Below are positions 56,179 through 64,000 of a DNA stretch of 64,000 nucleotides, piece after piece; position 1 is the stretch's first letter; each line of letters opens with the position of its first letter. The stretch comes from Rhodosorus marinus CCMP1338. Its lineage: Eukaryota > Plantae > Rhodophyta. A program made the translations under genes and the position numbers. The DNA is taken from NCBI GenBank assembly GCA_029953675.1, contig JAMWBK010000004.1, positions 930,001 to 994,000 on the forward strand, written 5' to 3'. Under the pieces are notes generated by a model. The model made no database searches. It saw nothing but the letters and a program-made list of their open reading frames with translations, and was not told where the DNA came from.

Positions 56179-59100
56179 ATGCCTCGCTCCTCAAGAATAT
56201 CATCTCCTATCGCTGAGAGCGGGTCTAAGTAACGTGGATGTATCGCAGGACCGAGCTCCAACTCGAGCTGGCTGTGCTCGGTGTGATCATCATGTGTTGA
56301 AGCGCAAGACTGAAGCTTTTTTTCTGTTCAGCTGTCAGGTTTCCCGGGACGATCGATAATATTCGACTACAGCTCGGTATATACTGCAATTTGGTCGCTT
56401 CCTGGCTGAGAACTCGACTCTGTTCCACGTCTCCGCGCTAACGACCCTGAACAAGACTGCTCAAAACTGACCAGTTACAACTGCTGTGCTGACCACCTCT
56501 GTCAGTGAGTTTTATATGTTCATGAATAGCCTGTGGTCAAATGAAGGCTCGGAAGCACGATAACTCATGCCAAGTGGGGTTGAGGAATACTTTCCGAACG
56601 CCACAGTGGAAACGTGTCAGGATATGGAGGCTTATGGAGTTTGGCTGAACCTGGTGAGCTTCTAGAAGCACAGATGTCCTGTTGTAACAGATGCGAGTAT
56701 ATTTAACCCTTTTCTGCTCTAGCCAATTATTTAGGGTGTTTTCACTCACAAACTGTAATCTGAAACCACAAAGATGGTCGCAAGGAATGACAAGTTCTTC
56801 AATGCGCAGAATTCAATTCAAGTCAACGCCACAAGCCATCTTTAGAAACTCGGCAAGGTCGAGAGGTCCGCTTAGTAGTACATATTGGAACTCAGGAGGT
56901 TACAGGCTCTTTTCGACAGTGGATGTAAACACTTGTCCACAGATGAAGGACATATCGTTTGACAAAGTAACCTCAAGGAAGCTGACTCCAATCAAAAAAG
57001 ACGTGAGGATTGATCTGAGAACGCTTCCAATTGTTTTTTAGGAGCAGTGATGGTTAGCTTAGTTCTGCGTGGGGAGCGCAAGGGCAGCCTTCATGAAATT
57101 ACAGAAATTTAAAAACTTTTCCTCTGGCTTATACCCAGTTGCACTCTCACTACTTCTCATCCTCGTTTCGCTTCGTTCGGTACTCACCGCAGTTCGTGAT
57201 TCCGATCACCTCCACCATATTATATTCATCCGTATGTCCCACTAGTCTAGTGATCGTTTCAATATCTAACACCCTATCGTACCATATAAGCGTCGCTGTC
57301 CCCTCCATCAGACCCTCAGCGTGCTGCGATCACCAAAAGTTGTGTTTCCGCAAACCATACTGATTGAAACTCCAGTGTAGCGTTTCTAAACTGTCCGTTT
57401 GCAGGATTTGAGACTGTTCGCCGCTCTTTTCTTTTTTAGGCATTTGGCAATGGTGATCGTTTTGTTGGGGGAAGACGCAAGGTGTTCCACTTGTTCAGCT
57501 GAGATTTGCTGGTTCTATTGTGAAGCGATGTGTCATCTTCAATGGAAATGCTGAGTTGAAAACTCTCTTTCAGACTAGTTACCATGAGGGTGCAAAACCA
57601 CTCCTTTATAGGCAACCAGTGACAGCGCGCTAAAGGACGATAAAACGAGTAGAGGAGATAAGGAGCATCCTCAGCGGGTGATGACTACGGTTTTTGGGAA
57701 AACTTATCTGCGTAGATGAATCGCCCGCCATCTCATACCACCATTAGGGTGATTTACATTAGTGTAGACAAGCTATAGCATAACCTTGACGCTTTGGCTA
57801 ACTGTGTTCGAGGCCTGGCTCACGAGAATCAGTGGCTCTTCTTGAACAAGTGAGGTGAGTGAGGTTGTTTGTGTATTTGGATAGCTGTCGCATTCCCCAT
57901 CTGAGTCTTTTTTTTGCGCGCACTGGCCAGTGTCTTTGGGACTGAACTGTCCGAACCTACACCATCAACCTGTTCTCGCCGAAGGCGATACCGTTTGACC
58001 CAGAGATTAGCAAGAAACGTCCAGTACCGTTCCGCCATTCTTGATATACGAACCATTGTCCTCACCAATTACTCTTTTTAAGGAAACTCTGCATCTTCTC
58101 TGCAAACCTCGCCCAGTCACCTCACGGAGCGAAAAGACCACCACCTCCCTTGTTCACTGGTTTTTATTAGCACTTGAAACACGCTTACAACTATCTAGGA
58201 GCGAAAAAAGCTCAGGGAACGATTTGAGTTGATACCCTCTAATCTCCATCTTCTAATCCTCCGCTTCTATATTTCCACCAACTCAACCCATGTCCGCCCT
58301 CCATAATGACAAGCCGTAAACCTCACCACCCTACCCAGTCAAAACCGCTACCCGGAACCAGGAGATTCCTTTAAGCTTACAAAACTATACTATCATGACG
58401 AAAAAGCCATTCACCATCCACCACGTGGTTTTGCTTTATAGGACATAGAGTTTCTATAAATAAACCGATATGTGAAAATATTTACACCCAGCCCATCTGT
58501 TGAGTGTTTATTTAGGATCTCTATAGGGGAAAAATGAGTAATACTATTATGTTTTTTATTTGGTAATTAATATGTGCGGTAACATATTCCATAAAGAAAA
58601 GGAGGTCTGATTGAATTATCAGAAAGAGATCTAGTAGCGGAATGGATTTTGAGTAAAAATCTCGGGTTTGGCTATTTATGGAATACTAATACCCCAATTT
58701 GGAAAAGAGAGTGTTTTGGTAGTAAGCAACAACTTGGGTGGAATTGGTGACGCAGCTGGTTAAGATGGACTGGAGAGGTTGTTTCATTTTTTTTTTCTTG
58801 TTGTTGTTAGAGAAGCATTTCAAACAGGTGACTAAGATCAATAGCCCTACTGGAAGATAGCGGTCACCGTACCCCAGGATTTTCGGACTTTTCGTGGTAA
58901 AATTTGTAGAAGAGTTAGCACGGAGTTGTTTATAGAACTCCCGTGTTTTCGTTGAGGTTATTTGTACGATATCTGGAGTAAACGGTTCAAAAGCGACGCC
59001 AAGCGGTACTTACATTGTTTGCTTCTCACGAGCAAGGGTTTCCGATAGTTTGCGCAAGGGGTTCGTTAATCAACCAGCAAATAGATCCGTGTCTCTCAGC

Positions 59101-59222
59101 AGCTCTCTGTAAACCAGTTACCCTATCTGCATGGGACTATATTAGTCTGTGCTCAGCAACTGGGTTGCTGTGAGAGTTGGGATGGCCGCTGTACACTGCG
59201 ATGAAAAATATGTGTGGGAAAG

Positions 59223-59924
59223 ATGGTGTTTGAATTATACCGGGAGGAGAACAGACCAGACGTACAGATGGATACTCTAGGCTATGAAAAGCGGACCCGG
59301 CCACGCCCGCGGCGTCCGGGGATGTACGGAATTTGCTTCGAAGACGAAGATGTGCTTAGACTGACTGGAGATGATCTAGTTTCAGTGCTGGCAGACTATG
59401 TAGAGGATCTTTGTAGCTTAAAAAGTGGAGGGGAGCAGACGGACGTATTACTGCAATCGTTTGGGCGACGGAATCAGACGCTGAAAATCAAAGACTACAT
59501 CTTGAGGCTGTACAAGTACCTCGATTGCTCTGATGCCTGCTACATCATAGCCCTGGTCTATATGGAGCGACTGCGAGCAAGAACCCGCCGATTGTCATCG
59601 TACAACAATGCTAATATGCATAGAATTTTTGCGGTTTCAATGCTGCTCGCGATCAAGTACCTGGAGGACGTGTGCTACACAAACGATGACTACGCAACTG
59701 TCTTTGGCATGAGAGGAATACAGGAGATCAACCTTCTCGAGAAACGAATGCTATCGATACTTGGATTCAACCTGTACATATCCACGGCGGAATACTTCGA
59801 CCTCAAAGCTCGTCTTGTGCGCGACCATCTATACAATACCGCGCGGCCTCGCTTGACGTTCCAGGTCACACGAAGCCACGGGGTATCGAGAGATGCATGT
59901 GAACGTCTCGCTCAGGAAGCTTAA
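59223..59924 (+). CDS. PHO80-like cyclin (cyclin P/U class); start codon uncertain (59223 or 59268)
   Basis: IKDYILRLYKYLDCSDACYIIALVYMERL...NMHRIFAVSMLLAIKYLEDVCYTNDDYATVFG...EINLLEKRMLSILGFNLYIS matches the PHO80/PCL cyclin-box pattern. Confidence 0.9.
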   Translation: MVFELYREENRPDVQMDTLGYEKRTRPRPRRPGMYGICFEDEDVLRLTGDDLVSVLADYVEDLCSLKSGGEQTDVLLQSFGRRNQTLKIKDYILRLYKYLDCSDACYIIALVYMERLRARTRRLSSYNNANMHRIFAVSMLLAIKYLEDVCYTNDDYATVFGMRGIQEINLLEKRMLSILGFNLYISTAEYFDLKARLVRDHLYNTARPRLTFQVTRSHGVSRDACERLAQEA

Positions 59925-61764
59925 TGATGTGTATCGAGTTGTGAGCTCATCATTGCTATGATTTATTGCGACGGCGATAACATCAGATCATCGCACTTAT
60001 TATTAACCCAGGAACTTAAAATTAGGGCAAACTTTAGGGCAACAATGACATCGCGATCTCCGGGAAGGTATTAGAGGAGACATGACTACGGGTGCTCCCT
60101 TTCCGAGAGAAAACGAACGAAGGCATATCTTCTTAGATCCTCGTTTGCAAGGGATGAGCTTTCCCAGATCTGATTATCAGGCCGGGGATAGGAGAGGGTT
60201 TCGAAGACACAGTAGGGTGACGCTCCATCATTGCGCAGATAGAACGAAGTATTTTTTGGTGTAAATAAAATATTCTCAAACACAAGAAAGCCCTGTAATC
60301 TTCAGGAGGCAGCCACCCCACATCCTATGCAGATCGGGACTCTACTTATTCAGTGTCGCTTTGTGCCGATATTCTAGCCTCATGTTGGCCGCTACCGACG
60401 TCTGGGCTTGCATGGATCCGTTCCTCGCTCCTATTTTGTGTTACGCCTGCGAAACACGTTCAACCAGTAAAGCTACCAAATGAGCAGGCGATATTACCCG
60501 TTCCAAAATCTCCCGACGACCACGGCATTGAAAAAAAAGAAAGAACGGATCCTCTTCTACGATAGTCTACAACGGAACCTCCATAACTAAGTTCTGGACA
60601 TTTTACAGCCTCGCGCTATCAACCAGTCCAGCCGCGAACCGCTGCGCCAGGAAGCACTTAGTTTTTATCCGCGCCCGTGCCAAGCAAATCATCAATCAAT
60701 AAAACCAATTTCGTCAATTATTCAATATATCTCAACTCTATTCTCGTCCCAATTTGTGTAGAATAGTAGTGCAAATTCAGACGGGTTCATTTAATTTGAT
60801 TTATTCAGCAGTACTAATATGTACTACGCAAGCAAATCGTTCTTTTCTATAAATATATACTATATTTATTGATAGGAACGTCCAGGTTCCATTTTTATCC
60901 AATTCGGAGATAGATAATTTTAAATATTGCGTATTTTAAAGTATTCTTTAATTGTACTTTATTTCAAGATAATAGTATTCAATATAAATATATATTAGAA
61001 TACCATATGATTATTGGTCACATTCACACCGGGATGACGTGTTTTGGATATGTTATGGCCAATGACAATATAATACTTACATAATTTTGCTTTTAATTAT
61101 ATATTCTATAATAAATACATGTAATTTATATTTATATTGAGTAAATTTGTTTGCAGTGGTTGCTCTTATATTGGGTGCCCCGAGGGTTCCTTCGAGATCT
61201 AGGAAAGGCTTAGGGGAATCCGTCGGGGAAGGGCTCTGGGCGCGAATGCTAGCAACAAAGACCACTTCTGAGGGTTTTTGCGGATCGTTTAGTTCTTTTT
61301 CATATGTTAATCGCTGTGCTTTTCTTCCCGCAAAGTTTGTCCGTCTCCTGAAATAGATCGGTGTTGGGCGGATTTCGAGTTATGGAGTGTGATTTCAGAT
61401 TAGCACGTTGTCGACCTGGAGAGCGAGGGACGAGCTATTTTGGACACCTGTTGTACGGAACTCCGGTTTTCTTCCTATTGAACCAGTTTGGTCGTTGAAA
61501 AGACTGAGAGTTCCGAATTACTAAAGTCCGTACGACCCGCGTACCGAACTGATCATGAGTCTTGTTTGGAAGCCCATTCTCCCCCGCGTCTGTCCTGTCC
61601 GTGTCGATAGCCTCGAACTCATTTGGCAACGGTACGATGGCAGACCGCGGAGAGAAAATTCTTCTTAGATTGGCTTTTATTGATGAATATAACTATGTAC
61701 GAGGCTAGTTTCCAATTGAACATGGAGCAGCCACCTCGCCAGGATCTCAGGGAGGTTGAACAAT

Positions 61765-62169
61765 CTAACACATGATCGGGTGTCCAAAGTGGTTGAAGCA
61801 GCATGCATGGCAATGCTTAGAGCACTTCGCGCGGACGGCGGGGTCGGCGCACTTGGCAATTGGGAGAGACGAACACTTCTCTGAGAGGTCCTTGCACGGG
61901 CAATGGCCGCAGTATCGGTTGCACCTCCTGGAGAACCAGGCAAACTTATCGCAATAAGACTTTGGCCTCCTGCTGCACCACCTCACACGGTCTTTGCACG
62001 CCACTGCCGGAGCTGCCGGGCAATTGTCGCAGAGCACGGGACATCTCGTCTGGAATTCCGCTGAAATACATCGGCCATCCGACGCTCCATCACAGAACGG
62101 GGACTCGTCAGAGCATCCCACAGCAACGCTAGCAAGTGCTATAAAAACAAAGGCAACGAACAGCTTCAT
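61765..62169 (-). CDS. Secreted protein with three ShKT-like six-Cys domains (134 aa)
   Basis: Signal MKLFVAFVFIALASVAVG; three C-x6-C-x7-C-x7/9-C-x3-C-x2-C units ending CPVLCDNC, CNRYCGHC, CSKHCHAC; extra CFNHFGHPIMC tail. Confidence 0.85.
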   Translation of the reverse strand: MKLFVAFVFIALASVAVGCSDESPFCDGASDGRCISAEFQTRCPVLCDNCPAAPAVACKDRVRWCSRRPKSYCDKFAWFSRRCNRYCGHCPCKDLSEKCSSLPIAKCADPAVRAKCSKHCHACCFNHFGHPIMC

Positions 62170-63420
62170 GTTTTCTTTTTCAAACCTTCTTTCTCGTTTT
62201 CTCCCCTCTCTTCTCAGTGATTCTTCTTGGTTTCTTGACCCAGCGCTGGAGCAACATTGCACCCCATAGACCCTTGCTGGCTTCTTATACCCTCCGGATC
62301 CCTTAGGGTGCTTCCTGGATGGTGACCTCTATCCACTATGTAATGATTTGATCAGACAGAAGCTAGCCATTGAACGACAAGGGATCGGGGTTCTTAGTCA
62401 ACCTTGCTCGGTCGACGTGGAAACGAATGTGGACGCCAGCAGACCTCGTCCAGGATCCCACAGTCAGATGTTGATGGTTTCAGTGGGACCTGGGTTGCCC
62501 ACTTTGACCGGTTTGGCTAAACATTTCAATCTACAGATCTTAATGAGATCGATCATGCGCCACGATGCTGACGGCATCGAAGGCCGGCGGCGCGGGATTT
62601 GCGCTGCAATGCAAAGAAGGCGCTTTGGGCGGCAACTCCCTCGCGTCGAGGTTTTTAAATCCCTTAAGATGGCTCTCCGGGTCTGTTCTTTTTGCCAGTT
62701 TTGCCTGCTCCATACGACAACACCGCTCTTGCCGGAATCGTCGGTGAAACGGTGTTAGCCATGGCCCATCACCGTTCAGGCTTTAACCCTGCCCCCACTC
62801 AAAATTAGAATCGACTTACATTTTCCCTTTGTTGCCTCGGAGACGCTAAACAGGTAATCTCTGCAAGCAAGGACTCACACGCAACCTCGTCAACTCTAAG
62901 CCTGCCCAGCCAGTTGGCCAAAAATGTCCCCCTATCTTGTTGGCAATCCTCTTAATTGATTGCTTGATCAGTCCACTAATTTTTTGGATTGTCTATCAGT
63001 CAAATCCAACGGGCAAGCCTTGTGAATATTTCGCCAACGAAGTGGAGGAAGAAGAAGTTGTTACCTGTTCGATAGTATTTGTTAGGGGTACGATCTCGAG
63101 CCAAAAGTGCAAACATTCATATTTAATAAATTTTTGTAAATCTAATTGATCTTCATTCGAGAAGTACTAAAGGGGTGGTTTCTTGCCACTGGTGTGAGCT
63201 TGAACTCTTAGAGTTGCCTTGGTTGTGAAAAGGTCTATTTTTTTGTTTTGTTATAATTTTATCATTGGTTTTCCTTCAAGTTCTATTTGCTTGATGTTTT
63301 TGTATGTATTTATTTTTGTGAGGATCTGCTCGCCCGTTCGCCTCTTTCAGATACAGTCTCTTTAATTGGTGAGTACTATCAAATTATTTACTATTATATT
63401 GATCAATTTCATGTATTAAT

Positions 63421-63612
63421 TTAATAATTGGGCAGGCGTCCAAGCTCGTTGGTTATCATTGGTGTAATTATTGTTGCGTGTATGAAATAAACTAAAAAAG
63501 TTATAAGTACAATCAATATGCCAATGCGGATGTGTTTTGTCCTCTTCACGAGGAACCCTCGCATAAGTTTAAACATTGCTATGATCGCCCTGGGAATATA
63601 GGAACGTCCCAT
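63421..63612 (-). CDS. Small ORF with one TM-like helix (possible first exon of a type II membrane protein)
   Basis: KRTKHIR basic patch followed by IGILIVLITFLVYFIHATIIT; no further motif. Confidence 0.3.
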   Translation of the reverse strand: MGRSYIPRAIIAMFKLMRGFLVKRTKHIRIGILIVLITFLVYFIHATIITPMITNELGRLPNY

Positions 63613-64000
63613 AGCAGCCTAGTCAGAATCACACCGCTCGACATTCCTTTTACTAAGCGGTGCCTATTGTGTGAGCATGTTTCTGACAACCGGTGAAGCT
63701 GGCATGGCTCTCATGGCTGCTTAACTGGGATTACGTTAGTCTGGGCTTACCCTAGACACGCAGAAGGCATAAGAAACATCTATTAGCTCTCGTTTAGACG
63801 CGTCGAGGAAGACACCCAGTTAAATAGAACCGAACGAGAGTCAAGGGAGGCATATGCTCCTCGACCTTCATTCGGCCTAGAGAATATGTGACGCGACGAG
63901 GCTTCGTTCCTTTTTATCTGCGGGTGGCTTTGACGTGCATGCGTTTTGTACGATGACTTGTGAGCAATTGAGAATATGGGAGAAGGTTCTCGGGGTCGTG

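Noticed and set aside
57100-58240. Fragmentary minus-strand ORFs (e.g. 57829..58068)
   Set aside because: Multiple stops and no motif; cannot support a call.
1-64000. tRNA genes, telomeric arrays, LTR pairs or primer-binding sites
   Set aside because: None recognised by eye; tRNAscan-SE and LTRharvest not run.

Overview
Eukaryotic (probably protist/algal; taxon not assignable from sequence alone), intron-poor, repeat-rich window. (1) 1.5-24.6 kb is a decayed tandem array of ~2-2.4 kb units, each built around a TATA-driven 67-aa His/acid-rich microprotein gene that I do not recognise (5 intact + 2 pseudogene copies, plus ORF-less partial units). (2) The array and the rest of the window are invaded by two distinct CRE-like non-LTR retrotransposon families (RT + restriction-like endonuclease): family A ends in a (T)AAAG(T)CCAG-type tail; family B ends in an (ATTC)n tail and has 6-10 bp target-site duplications, including tail-only insertions. 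Ty3/gypsy and Ty1/copia relics are also present. (3) An orphan, 5'-truncated, mutated LSU (28S) rDNA copy lies at 26.4-29.6 kb (minus). (4) Intronless host genes: two secreted single-C2 proteins, a PiT/PHO4 phosphate transporter plus a truncated paralog, a 685-aa secreted protein with a symmetric 8+8 Cys C-terminus, a PHO80-like cyclin and a secreted triple-ShKT protein. Best candidates for undescribed biology: the microprotein array (with an apparent retrotransposon insertion hotspot in its spacer) and the Cys-ladder secreted protein. Boundaries were read by eye and no database searches were run.
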